From positions 104,429 through 128,428 of the forward strand of contig NZ_BDBQ01000051.1 in assembly GCF_001613065.1 (NCBI RefSeq): 24,000 bases of DNA. The letters run 5' to 3'. Below the pieces are notes generated by a model. That model worked only from the letters and a program-made list of their open reading frames with translations. It did no database searches and was not told the origin of the DNA. This DNA comes from Nocardia miyunensis NBRC 108239 (GTDB lineage: Bacteria; Actinomycetota; Actinomycetes; Mycobacteriales; Mycobacteriaceae). This document shows positions 15,025 to 23,070 of this stretch, piece by piece (position 1 is the first letter of the stretch; each line of letters begins with the position of its first letter). Position numbers and translations under genes: made by a program.

Positions 15025-15262
15025 AGATGTTTACATGAACATACGTTGTCAGCCTCTCGTCAGTGCGTTTAATGTTCGCCTTTGGGCTATACCACAGCGG
15101 CTCTTTTGGGCCCGGGAACGGCGTCTCGGCGTCGACCCCGGCGGAACGTAGCCCGGTTCCGACAGGTTGGTCTGGCGGTAGCGCGACCCATGTCGCCGGT
15201 TAGGCGGCGGCAACATGCTGGCGAATAGACTGAGCTGGGCCCGGTAATGGGCCGCGTTTCCA

Positions 15263-15308
15263 ACCCCGGTGGTCGGGGTCGGAAATCAGCCTCGGTGGTC
15301 GAGGCTGA
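15263..15308 (+). promoter_or_regulatory. Two adjacent hairpins with identical GTGGT loops in the porin leader
   Basis: Hairpin 1 is ACCCCG-GTGGT-CGGGGT (15263-15279). Hairpin 2 is TCAGCCTCG-GTGGT-CGAGGCTGA (15286-15308). The second ends 25 nt before the porin ATG, and the core CGGTGGTCG is repeated 26 nt apart. Confidence 0.35.
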
Positions 15309-15333
15309 CTGCTATAACCTGATGAGGGGAAAT

Positions 15334-16011
15334 ATGAGCGAGAACCGCACCAGCGGTGCGCGTCGCGGTGCCCGTTTCGCGGGTATCGGGGCGGCGGCAG
15401 CCGTTGCGATCGGATTGCTATCGACCGGCGCTGCCAACGCCGACACTTTCGTGCCGTTGCCGGACGGCCACAGACTGGGTGCCGATGGTGTTTCCATCAC
15501 CCGCACCCATGAGCACGCCACCATTTCGACATCCTTGGCAGCCAACGGTGCCGGCCGTACTGTCTGGGTGTCGGGTATCGCGGCCGCGGATGTTCCGCAC
15601 GCACCGATCACCACGGTGGGCCCGAACAACGGCCAGTTGAACAATCCTGGCACCAACAATTCGTCGACACACGGCGCGTCGCAGCTCAATTCGGGCTACA
15701 TCATCGGCTGCCAGGTCGACATCGGCTCGGACGCCATCTCCGCCGGAGTCTCCGGCAGTGTCAGCCTGACCGATGCGTCACTCGGTGGATCGATCGGCTT
15801 GAACCTCGGCCCCGGCCAGGTCAAGTTCGTACAGATCGACTCGATCGACATCACGCACCCCGGCCACTACTCGGTGGAATACCAGGACGCGGAGATGCAG
15901 ATCCAGGGTTGCGCGGGTTACGCACAGGCTCGTGCGTACACCGTTGTCGAAGTTGTCGGCAACAACTACTCGAAGACCACCCTGTACGGGCAGCCCTTCA
16001 GCATCGGCTGA
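15334..16011 (+). CDS. MspA-family porin paralogue 1 (secreted, signal peptide)
   Basis: The signal peptide ends in AANA|DTFVPLP. The mature part shows the MspA-like blocks GYIIGCQVDI, LNLGPGQVKFVQI, IQGCAGYAQARAYTVVEV and TLYGQPFSIG at the C-terminus. ATG 15334 is preceded by GAGGGGA. Confidence 0.8.
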   Translation: MSENRTSGARRGARFAGIGAAAAVAIGLLSTGAANADTFVPLPDGHRLGADGVSITRTHEHATISTSLAANGAGRTVWVSGIAAADVPHAPITTVGPNNGQLNNPGTNNSSTHGASQLNSGYIIGCQVDIGSDAISAGVSGSVSLTDASLGGSIGLNLGPGQVKFVQIDSIDITHPGHYSVEYQDAEMQIQGCAGYAQARAYTVVEVVGNNYSKTTLYGQPFSIG

Positions 16012-16077
16012 CGTGCGTGGTCTCCAAGCGCCAACTCTATTCTCGCGCATAGCGATTCACCCATGAGGGAACTAAAC

Positions 16078-16758
16078 ATGAACATCCGTAAGACTCTGGC
16101 ACGCGCGGCCGGCGTCGGTGCTGTGACCACCGCCGCTCTAGGTCTGTTCTCGACAGGCGCCGCGAACGCCGATACCTTCGTCCCGCTGCCCGGTGGCAGC
16201 ATCACCCGCACCCTGACCGATGGCACCTCCGTCCACGTATGGATCGATGGCGAGTCGGCGAACATCAACCCGTCGATGGGTTCGACTCCGCTGCACCGCA
16301 ACGCGTGGGCCTCGGCCACCGCGCATGTGCACATCTCCGGTAAGACGACCGCCACGGGCGGCCACATCTATCCGGGATACGTCGTCGGCTGCCAGGTGAA
16401 CATCTCCGGCGGCGGCGCCAGTGCGTCGCCGAGTGCCGGTGCCAGCTGGGACAGCAGCGGCAATGTCACGCCCAGCGCCTCGGTGGGCACCAGTGGCAAC
16501 CTGACCCTCGGCCCCGGCCAGGCGCAGGCCTTCTACGTCCTGGACCTGGAGAAGAAGGACGACTTCGGTGGGGATGCCCACAAGACCTACACGCCGTTCA
16601 CCGGTAACGACGGCTCGGTCGCGTGGGCGGACGAGACCATCGGTCTGACCGGCTGCGCCGGTTACGCGCAGGCGCGTTCGTTCGTCAGCGTCGAGGTCTC
16701 CACCGACAGTGTCATCAGCTGGGTGACATTGTGGGGTAAGCCCTTCAGCCTCGGCTGA
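16078..16758 (+). CDS. MspA-family porin paralogue 2 (secreted, signal peptide)
   Basis: MNIRKTLARAAGVGAVTTAALGLFSTGAANA|DTFVPLPGG, then GYVVGCQVNI, LTLGPGQAQAFYV, LTGCAGYAQARSFVSVEV and TLWGKPFSLG. ATG 16078 is preceded by GAGGGAA. It lies 66 nt after paralogue 1. Confidence 0.8.
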   Translation: MNIRKTLARAAGVGAVTTAALGLFSTGAANADTFVPLPGGSITRTLTDGTSVHVWIDGESANINPSMGSTPLHRNAWASATAHVHISGKTTATGGHIYPGYVVGCQVNISGGGASASPSAGASWDSSGNVTPSASVGTSGNLTLGPGQAQAFYVLDLEKKDDFGGDAHKTYTPFTGNDGSVAWADETIGLTGCAGYAQARSFVSVEVSTDSVISWVTLWGKPFSLG

Positions 16759-16786
16759 TCGGATTCGATTCCTCCGGCATGACGGT

Positions 16787-16832
16787 GGGCCCGGTGCATG
16801 CGGTACCGGGCCCGCTGCCGGGATCCGGGCAG
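16787..16832. terminator. Tandem GC-rich hairpins between convergent porin 2 and mscL
   Basis: GGGCCCGGT (16787-16795) pairs perfectly with ACCGGGCCC (16805-16813). This is followed by CTGCC..GGCAG (16815-16832). There is no U-tract. Confidence 0.45.
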
Positions 16833-16848
16833 GTTGTATCCCGTTGTG

Positions 16849-17286
16849 CTACAGGGGATTTCGCTGCTCATGAAGTGAGTTCGGTGAGGACTCGTGCCGC
16901 CCGCCCTCGCCCCCGGTGTCTTCGGCGAGCAGGTCGCGGATCTCGGTCAGCAATTCGACTTCGGTCTGTACGGCGGTCTGGCCCCAGCGCTTCTTGATCC
17001 GGGTGGCCGGGAGCACCAGGATGAAATAGACCACGGCCGCGATGATGATGAAATTGATCGCCGCGGTGATGATCGGGCCGAGTGCGACATAGGTCGCGGG
17101 TTTATCGGCGACGATCCGGAATCCCAGGCCCAGATCGCTCGATCCGCCGAATATCTCGATGAGCGGTTTGACTATTCCATCGGTGAACGCGGTGACGATG
17201 GCGACGAATGCGGTGCCCATCACGACCGCGACCGCCAGGTCGATCACGTTCCCGCGGAATATGAAGTCCTTGAAACCCTTCAGCAT
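16849..17286 (-). CDS. mscL: Large-conductance mechanosensitive channel MscL
   Basis: MLKGFKDFIFRGNVIDLAVAVVMGTAF...IIAAVVYFILVLP is a canonical MscL N-terminus with two TM helices. ATG 17286 is preceded by CAGGAG. The track ORF is over-extended to 17352. Confidence 0.9.
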   Translation of the reverse strand: MLKGFKDFIFRGNVIDLAVAVVMGTAFVAIVTAFTDGIVKPLIEIFGGSSDLGLGFRIVADKPATYVALGPIITAAINFIIIAAVVYFILVLPATRIKKRWGQTAVQTEVELLTEIRDLLAEDTGGEGGRHESSPNSLHEQRNPL

Positions 17287-17431
17287 TTGCGGCTCCTGTC
17301 TCATCCGGCGCACCTGATCCGTGCCGAATGTTCTGGTCGTAGCGGCGGACACCTGCGATGTCCGCTCACGGATCGGGTATCCGGGATGCTAGATGGATTT
17401 TGCAGCAAATAGTTGGCGAATCGTATGAACT

Positions 17432-18148
17432 CTACTGAAAAATAACCGTGAGCGCGGACCGCAGGGATGCCGCGGCGACGGTCGTGGCGTGCGCTGAATC
17501 GAGTGCGATCAGTACCACGCGGTCGTCCGATCGAGGTGATTTCCCGGCGTTGGATCTTTCGGGTATCGACACCACGACGGCTCCGGTCGCGAGGGTGCGC
17601 GCGGGTGTCGCGGCGGGCGTGTCCGGTTCGGCCGCGGCGACCACGTCGACCCGGTCGCCGGTGCGCAGAATCTCGGCCACGACGTTGTCCGCCAGTCGAA
17701 TCGGGACGATCCGGGCGTCGGGTGCGGCGGTGGCGGCCGCGGCCAGGCGTGGCCCGAGCACCCGCAGATCGGTGAAGATCTCACCGGCGCGCATGGGTGC
17801 GGACAGGGTGGCGCCGAGCAACGGTGCGAATTCGCGGATCGCGCCGCCGGGCAGGCTGTTCGCGGTGAATGCGGCGGTGCGCAGATCGGCGGCGGCCACC
17901 GCGCGGCCGGGCGGCAGGTCGTGCGCGGCGACCACGACCTCGACCCGCTGTGCGGCCGGATCGTCGCGCAGGAACAGGAATCCGGCCAGCGCTGTGAGCG
18001 CCGCGGCCAGTACGCGGCGGGCCAGCGTGCCGTCCAGCCAGGAGGGGCGGCGGTGCCGCAGCCATTCCCAGCGGGGAATGCGGCCGAGGTCGATATCGCC
18101 GCCGCGGACTGGAATCGACCTGCCTCGGCCGGGCGCGCTGTACGTCAT
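17432..18148 (-). CDS. SAF-domain (CpaB/RcpC-like) membrane-anchored protein
   Basis: One TM helix (VLAAALTALAGFLFL) is followed by VVVAAHDLPPGRAVAAADLRTAAF...LLGATLSAPMRAGEIFTDLRVLG, a SAF-like beta-clip pattern. There is no SD before ATG 18148. TAGCGT (reverse complement of 18156-18161) lies 7 nt upstream, suggesting a leaderless mRNA. Confidence 0.7.
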   Translation of the reverse strand: MTYSAPGRGRSIPVRGGDIDLGRIPRWEWLRHRRPSWLDGTLARRVLAAALTALAGFLFLRDDPAAQRVEVVVAAHDLPPGRAVAAADLRTAAFTANSLPGGAIREFAPLLGATLSAPMRAGEIFTDLRVLGPRLAAAATAAPDARIVPIRLADNVVAEILRTGDRVDVVAAAEPDTPAATPARTLATGAVVVSIPERSNAGKSPRSDDRVVLIALDSAHATTVAAASLRSALTVIFQ

Positions 18149-18209
18149 ACCGGGGACGCTACGGCTCGTGCGATACCGCTCCGCCCGGAAAACAGCTGGT
18201 CAGAATTGG

Positions 18210-18239
18210 GCTGTGGATAACTCGGAAGCTGTGGACAAC
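18210..18239 (-). promoter_or_regulatory. Pair of perfect DnaA boxes in a 12-nt direct repeat
   Basis: The plus strand reads GCTGTGGATAAC (18210-18221) and GCTGTGGACAAC (18228-18239). The reverse complement gives TTATCCACA and TTGTCCACA, the E. coli-type and actinomycete-type DnaA box consensus sequences. The two are 18 nt apart and lie 62-91 nt upstream of the SAF gene ATG. Confidence 0.55.
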
Positions 18240-18267
18240 ACCGTGTGCGCCCACCGCGGCCGATACG

Positions 18268-18582
18268 TCAGGCAGCCGGAGTGCTGGTGGCCGTGCTGCT
18301 GCTGGACGAGCTGCTCGAACTGCTCGACGAACCGTCCGAGGAGGAGTTGCTCGACGAGGAGGCCGAGGATTCCGCCTTGGCGGGCTCGCTCGCGGTGGTC
18401 GAACCGCTGCGGCTGTCGGTGCGGTAGAAGCCGCTGCCCTTGAACACGATCCCCACGGAATTGAAGAGCTTGCGCAGCTTGCCGTCACACTTCTCGCACG
18501 TGCTCAGCGCATCGTCCGAGAACCTCTGAATGATGTCGAACTTATCGCCACACTGCGTGCACTGATACGAATAAGTAGGCAC
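18268..18582 (-). CDS. FmdB-family zinc-ribbon protein with a poly-Ser tail (Rv0991c-like)
   Basis: VPTYSYQCTQCGDKFDIIQRFSDDALSTCEKCDGKLRKLFNSVGIVFKGSGFYRTDSR carries the CxxC...CxxC ribbon, followed by a Ser-rich C-terminus. GTG 18582 is preceded by GGAGG at 5-nt spacing. Confidence 0.85.
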   Translation of the reverse strand: MPTYSYQCTQCGDKFDIIQRFSDDALSTCEKCDGKLRKLFNSVGIVFKGSGFYRTDSRSGSTTASEPAKAESSASSSSNSSSDGSSSSSSSSSSSSTATSTPAA

Positions 18583-18888
18583 AGGAACCTCCACAGTCTC
18601 CGTCGTTAGCACTCTACAGCCGACAGTGCCAACAACACCAATTGAGGATTAATTCCGTGCCTTCGGCCTCCGCTTCGCTCCGGCGGGTTTGCGGCGCCCT
18701 GGGGCTCGACGATAGGTCCCGTGTCGGGCACTCGTTCCTCGCACCCGCCACACGTCGTCCCATCGGCGAGCCGCGCCGCAAACCAGGAGTTGGCGCTGTT
18801 CGGGGCTGGTGGAACGAGGTGTGATGGTTTGTGTCGGATGGCCTCTGTCCGGCGGCGGTGCTCGTTTGGCCCGATGAAAGGTTGAGCT

Positions 18889-19497
18889 TCAGCTGTCCGT
18901 GGACAACTGCGTCAGGCCGGCGTCGGGGGTCAGGGCCCAGCCCATGCGGCGGTCGTGGGGTTCTTCGGGGAGGTGGTCCAGGAGTTCCTCGTCGCGGACG
19001 ACGGCGATGAGGCGGGCGTCGGGGCGGGCGGCCGGGAGGGTGCGGTCGTAGTAGCCCGCGCCGCGGCCGAGCCGGACGCCGCGACGGTCCACCGCCAGGG
19101 CGGGAATCAGGATCGTGGTGGCCCGGGCGATGGCGGCGGGGGACAGGTGCGGGCCGGTCGGTTCCAGGAGGCCGTAGCGGGCGCGGTGCAATTCCGCTCG
19201 TCCGGTGTACTCGGCCCAGTTCAGCGGCCCCGGCGGGCCCGTCACCGGGAGCAGGACACGTGCGCCCGCGGCCCGGAGCGCGTCGAGCATGGCCGGGGAA
19301 CCGGGTTCGCCGCGCACCGGGACATAGGCGGCGACCCAGGTCTCCTCGGCGGTGTCGAGGAGCAGCCGCGACGACGCGGCGGCCAGGGCTGCCGATTCCG
19401 CCTCGTGTACGGCGGGATCCACGGCGGCACGTCCGGCCAGCAATCTCTCGCGCCACTCACGTTTGTCCGGCTGACCAGCGATCTCCACGCGGACCAC
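18889..19497 (-). CDS. 5-formyltetrahydrofolate cyclo-ligase
   Basis: KREWRERLLAGR..., AAYVPVRGEPG, ILIPALAVDRRGVRLGRGAGYYDRTL is an MTHFS signature. The start is uncertain: GTG 19497 or GTG 19488. The track ATG 19659 is rejected as an over-extension. Confidence 0.8.
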   Translation of the reverse strand: MVRVEIAGQPDKREWRERLLAGRAAVDPAVHEAESAALAAASSRLLLDTAEETWVAAYVPVRGEPGSPAMLDALRAAGARVLLPVTGPPGPLNWAEYTGRAELHRARYGLLEPTGPHLSPAAIARATTILIPALAVDRRGVRLGRGAGYYDRTLPAARPDARLIAVVRDEELLDHLPEEPHDRRMGWALTPDAGLTQLSTDS

Positions 19498-19870
19498 GAT
19501 AGGTGGCCCCGGCCGGTTCCCGTCATTCGCTCGGCATGGTCCTGCTCGGCGATCGGGCTTGTCCTGCCCGCCTGGTTTCCGGTCGCACACCGCACCGTCG
19601 CGAAGCTCACGTGCGACCGGGGTTTCCCGCTCTGTGCGACGGGGAACAGTTGCAAGCACGCTGGTGGTGGCCGGGTCCGCATCGCGGAACTCGGCGAGCG
19701 GTCACAGGGACCGCCACCTAGGCTTCGCGGTGTGCCGCGCCGGGGCGAAGCCCGTCCGGCCGACGAAACTGATGGATAGGGTGTGCCTTATGACAGCATC
19801 GCGAAGCGATTCGGCGAAGGATGGCGGTCGGGCGACGGGTGGGCCAGCTGACGCCGGATCGGACGCGAGG

Positions 19871-20812
19871 GTGCGGGGATCCGACGCGACCGCGAAATCC
19901 TGCTTCCGTACCGCCGTCGTCCCCGCGGCCGGGCTCGGGACGAGGTTTCTACCCGCGACCAAGACCGTGCCGAAAGAGCTGCTGCCGGTGGTGGATACGC
20001 CCGGGATCGAGCTGGTCGCCGCCGAGGCGGCCGATTCGGGCGCGGCTCGCCTGGTGATCGTGACCTCGCCCGGAAAAGACGGCGTGGTCGCACATTTCGT
20101 CGAGGATCTGATGCTGGAGAGCACCCTCGCCGAACGCGGCAAGTTCCATCTTCTGGAAAAGGTGCGCAAGGCGCCGGGGCTGCTCGATGTGACCTCGGTG
20201 GTCCAGGAGGAGCCGCTGGGTCTGGGCCATGCGGTGGCCCAGGCGGAGAAGGCGCTGGACCCCGACGAGGACGCCATCGCCGTCCTGCTGCCCGACGATC
20301 TGGTGCTGCCCTCGGGCGTCCTGGATGTGATGAGCCGGGTGCGGCGCAAACGCGGCGGTTCGGTGCTGTGCGCCATCGATGTGCCCAAGGACCAGGTCAG
20401 CGCCTACGGGGTGTTCGATGTGGCCACCGTGCCCGACGCGACGAACCCGAACGTGTTGCGCGTCAACGGGATGGTGGAGAAGCCCGATCTCGCCGACGCG
20501 CCGTCCACCTACGCCGCGGCCGGTCGCTATCTGCTCGATCGCGCGATCTTCGACGCACTGGGCCGCATCGAGCCCGGCGCGGGTGGCGAATTGCAGCTCA
20601 CCGATGCCATTTCGCTGCTGATTTCCGAGGGACATCCGGTTCATGTCGTCGTGCACCGTGGGTCGCGACACGACCTGGGCAACCCGGGCGGCTATCTTCG
20701 AGCTGCGGTCGATTTCGCTTTGGAGCGTGACGAATACGGACCGGCCTTGCGTGAATGGCTGGAGCACCGACTCGCCCCCGACTGGGATCCGCAGCTGACG
20801 TCGCCGGAGTAA
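19871..20812 (+). CDS. galU: UTP-glucose-1-phosphate uridylyltransferase GalU
   Basis: AVVPAAGLGTRFLPATKTVPKELLPVVDTPGIELVAAEA...VEKP...AAAGRYLLDRAIFDAL...GGELQLTDAI. I prefer GTG 19871 because upstream GC3 drops to about 67% and homologues start about 12 aa before AxVPAAG. ATG 19790 is the alternative. Confidence 0.85.
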   Translation: MRGSDATAKSCFRTAVVPAAGLGTRFLPATKTVPKELLPVVDTPGIELVAAEAADSGAARLVIVTSPGKDGVVAHFVEDLMLESTLAERGKFHLLEKVRKAPGLLDVTSVVQEEPLGLGHAVAQAEKALDPDEDAIAVLLPDDLVLPSGVLDVMSRVRRKRGGSVLCAIDVPKDQVSAYGVFDVATVPDATNPNVLRVNGMVEKPDLADAPSTYAAAGRYLLDRAIFDALGRIEPGAGGELQLTDAISLLISEGHPVHVVVHRGSRHDLGNPGGYLRAAVDFALERDEYGPALREWLEHRLAPDWDPQLTSPE

Positions 20813-20868
20813 TCTGGCCGGCAGCCGAGCGAGCGCCGCATCGGACTCGGACGTGAGGGAAGGGCTGC

Positions 20869-22122
20869 ATGCGCTCGGTGGAGGATCAGCAGATCAAAGT
20901 GACCGCGGCGGCCGTTGCGCCGCGGCCGGTCCGGGTCGCGATCTCCGAGGCCCAAGGTCTGCTGTGCGCCGAGGATGTGGCCACCGAACGTCCGCTGCCG
21001 GGTTTCGATCAGGCGGCCATCGATGGTTACGCGGTGCGCAGTGTCGACGTTCAGGGTGCGGGCGCGGACATCCGGGACGAGAACGGTGATCCGGTCGATC
21101 TGACCCTGCCGGTCGTCGGCGAGGTCGAGGCCGGTTCGCGGCAGCCGATCCGGTTGCAGCCGCGGCAGACTGTGCGCGTGGATACCGGCGCGCCGCTGCC
21201 CACCCTGGCCGATGCGGTGCTGCCGGTCGATTTCACCGACGGCGGCCGTGCGCGGATCAAGGTCTACGAGCCGGTCCGCACGGGTGATTACGTGCGGCGC
21301 ATCGGCGATGACGTGCAGCCGGGCGATATCGCCGTGCGTGCGGGCACCATCATCGGCGCGGCGCAGGTGGGGTTGCTGGCCGCGGTGGGCCGGGACAAGG
21401 TGCTGGTGCATCCGCGGCCGCGGCTGTCGGTGATCTCGATTGGCGGCGAGCTGGTCGACATCGATCGCACGCCCGGTCCGGGCCAGGTCTACGACGTGAA
21501 TTCGTATGCGCTGGCCGCCGCGGCGCGGGACGCGGGCGCGGACGTGAACCGCGTGGGCATCGTCAGTGCCGATCCGAAGCGGCTGCGCGACATCGTGGAG
21601 GGGCAGCTGGTCCGCTCGGAGGTGGTGGTGATCGCCGGCGCGGTCGGCGGTTGGGCGTCCGAGCAGATCCGCGAGGCGCTCGAGGGCCTGGGCGAGTTGA
21701 CGATCGATCGGGTCGCCATGCATCCCGGTTCGGTGCAGGGGTTCGGGCGGCTCGGCCGCGATGAGGTGCCGACCTTCCTGCTGCCGTCGAATCCCGTTGG
21801 CGCACTGGTGGTTTTCGAGGTGATGGTGCGTCCGCTGATTCGCATCGCGCTGGGGCGGCGTCATCCGATGCGGCGAGTGGTGCGGGCGCGCACGATCATG
21901 CCGATCAGTTCGATGGCCGGGCGGCGCGGTTATCTGCGCGCGCAGTTGATGCGCGACGAGCAGACCGGCGATTATCTGGTGCAGCCGCTGGGCGTGAACG
22001 GTTCCGCACATCTGCTCTCGACCCTGGCCGAGGCGAACAGTCTGATCGTGCTCGCGCCGGAAGTCACCGAGGTTCGCACCGGTGACGAGGTCCAGGTTGC
22101 ATTTCTCGCCCAGCGTGGCTGA
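20869..22122 (+). CDS. moeA: MoeA-family protein (molybdopterin molybdenumtransferase or gephyrin-like Glp)
   Basis: PLPGFDQAAIDGYAVRS, VRVDTGAPLP, YVRRIGDDVQPGD, SVISIGGELV, GQVYDVNSYAL, VVIAGAVG and AMHPGSVQGFG are MoeA blocks. ATG 20869 is preceded by GAGGGAAGGG. Confidence 0.9.
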   Translation: MRSVEDQQIKVTAAAVAPRPVRVAISEAQGLLCAEDVATERPLPGFDQAAIDGYAVRSVDVQGAGADIRDENGDPVDLTLPVVGEVEAGSRQPIRLQPRQTVRVDTGAPLPTLADAVLPVDFTDGGRARIKVYEPVRTGDYVRRIGDDVQPGDIAVRAGTIIGAAQVGLLAAVGRDKVLVHPRPRLSVISIGGELVDIDRTPGPGQVYDVNSYALAAAARDAGADVNRVGIVSADPKRLRDIVEGQLVRSEVVVIAGAVGGWASEQIREALEGLGELTIDRVAMHPGSVQGFGRLGRDEVPTFLLPSNPVGALVVFEVMVRPLIRIALGRRHPMRRVVRARTIMPISSMAGRRGYLRAQLMRDEQTGDYLVQPLGVNGSAHLLSTLAEANSLIVLAPEVTEVRTGDEVQVAFLAQRG

Positions 22123-22128
22123 ATAGTA

Positions 22129-22785
22129 ATGGACATGAACGTTTTTCGGGCTGCGCAGCATCCCGGCTGGCCCGCGCATCTCGGCCCGGTGCGGGTGGGC
22201 GCCGGGTTGGTCACGTTACGTCCCGTCCGATTGCGCGACGCGTCGGCGTGGGCGCGCATCCGGGTGCGCGATCGCGATCATCTCGAGCCGTGGGAGCCCA
22301 CGGGCCGCGGTGCCTGGGAGGCGCGCAATCATCCCTCGAACTGGCCGTCGCTGTGGTCGAGCCTCAAGTCCGAGGCGCGGCGCGGGGCGATGATTCCCCT
22401 GGTCATCGAGGTGAACGGCAACTTCAGCGGGCAGTTGACGGTCGGCAATATCGTGCGCGGCGCGTTGCGTTCGGCGTGGATCGGCTACTGGGTCGCCACC
22501 GATGTCGGCGGCCAGGGTGTCGCCACCGCGGCCCTCGCCCTGGGCCTGGACCACTGCTTCGGGCCCGTCGGCCTGCATCGCGTGGAGGCCACCGTCCGCC
22601 CCGAGAATCTGCCCAGCCAGGCGGTACTGCGCAATGTCGGCTTCCGCGAGGAGGGCATGCTGCGCCGCTACCTGGACGTCGACGGCGCCTGGCGCGACCA
22701 CCTGCTGGTCGGCATGACCGTCGAGGATCTGTCCGGCACGGTCGTGGACAGGCTGATCCGGGCAGGTCGTGCCACCCCCGCATGA
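22129..22785 (+). CDS. rimJ: GNAT N-acetyltransferase, RimJ/RimL-like
   Basis: LRPVRLRDASAW...HLEPWEP...GYWVATDVGGQGVATAALALGLDHCF...LHRVEATVRPENLPSQAVLRNVGFREEGMLRRYL is an acetyltransferase (GNAT) motif A/B pattern. Confidence 0.85.
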   Translation: MDMNVFRAAQHPGWPAHLGPVRVGAGLVTLRPVRLRDASAWARIRVRDRDHLEPWEPTGRGAWEARNHPSNWPSLWSSLKSEARRGAMIPLVIEVNGNFSGQLTVGNIVRGALRSAWIGYWVATDVGGQGVATAALALGLDHCFGPVGLHRVEATVRPENLPSQAVLRNVGFREEGMLRRYLDVDGAWRDHLLVGMTVEDLSGTVVDRLIRAGRATPA

Positions 22786-23070
22786 GTGTGTCCAATTGGC
22801 TCCAGGAGACCCGTGTTACTCGTGGGGCAGGTGTTGACGGCGCGCCTGCGACGGATTTCGCGTCGGCCGAATTAGCCTACGGACGTCGGTGGTGCGTCCC
22901 GCATCGCCGGAAGGGAGCCGGTGCAGTGGCCCGATCAGGCGGCGGTACAACCTCTTCCGCCTATCCGGGACGCGGTGCGAGAACGGTCGGCAGCACGTCG
23001 GCGATGTACGAGCAGGTTGCGAGATCTGTCGCAGGGACGACAGCCAGGCGGGGACGGAGGTGCGGGCGCA

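Noticed and set aside
15035-15151. 38-codon ORF starting ATGAACATACGT (MNIR...), the same first four residues and 14/15 nt as the start of porin paralogue 2 (ACATGAACATCCGT). I considered a porin pseudogene fragment or a leader peptide.
   Set aside because: The similarity ends after about 15 nt. Codon usage is AT-rich and atypical (ATA, AAT, TTT), there is no SD, and the rest of the peptide has no resemblance to a signal peptide. The match is most likely coincidental.
15143-15168. ECF/SigE-like promoter GGAACG-N16-GGTT upstream of the porin genes.
   Set aside because: GGAAC followed by GTT at a suitable spacing is expected about once by chance in 24 kb of this composition, and the -10 part deviates from CGTT. 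This is not distinguishable from background without TSS data.
15100-15333. A known riboswitch (cobalamin, or ydaO/cyclic-di-AMP) in the structured porin leader.
   Set aside because: I could not find the B12 box or the ydaO conserved cores (GGGGACCCA, CCGAAUCC, ACCCGAACC). Only generic GC hairpins are present. The region is kept as an unclassified structured leader pending a covariance-model search.
18210-18239. The DnaA boxes as part of a chromosomal origin (oriC).
   Set aside because: There are only two boxes, with no dnaA, dnaN or rpmH neighbourhood, no AT-rich unwinding element and no further boxes in the window. I interpret them as an isolated regulatory or titration site instead.
18268-18360. 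A repetitive Ser-codon tract at the 3' end of the zinc-ribbon gene, as a possible DNA-level simple repeat or contingency locus.
   Set aside because: The Ser codons are mixed (AGC/TCG/TCC) rather than a pure trinucleotide repeat. A Ser-rich tail is a known feature of this protein family (Rv0991c is annotated as serine-rich, from memory).
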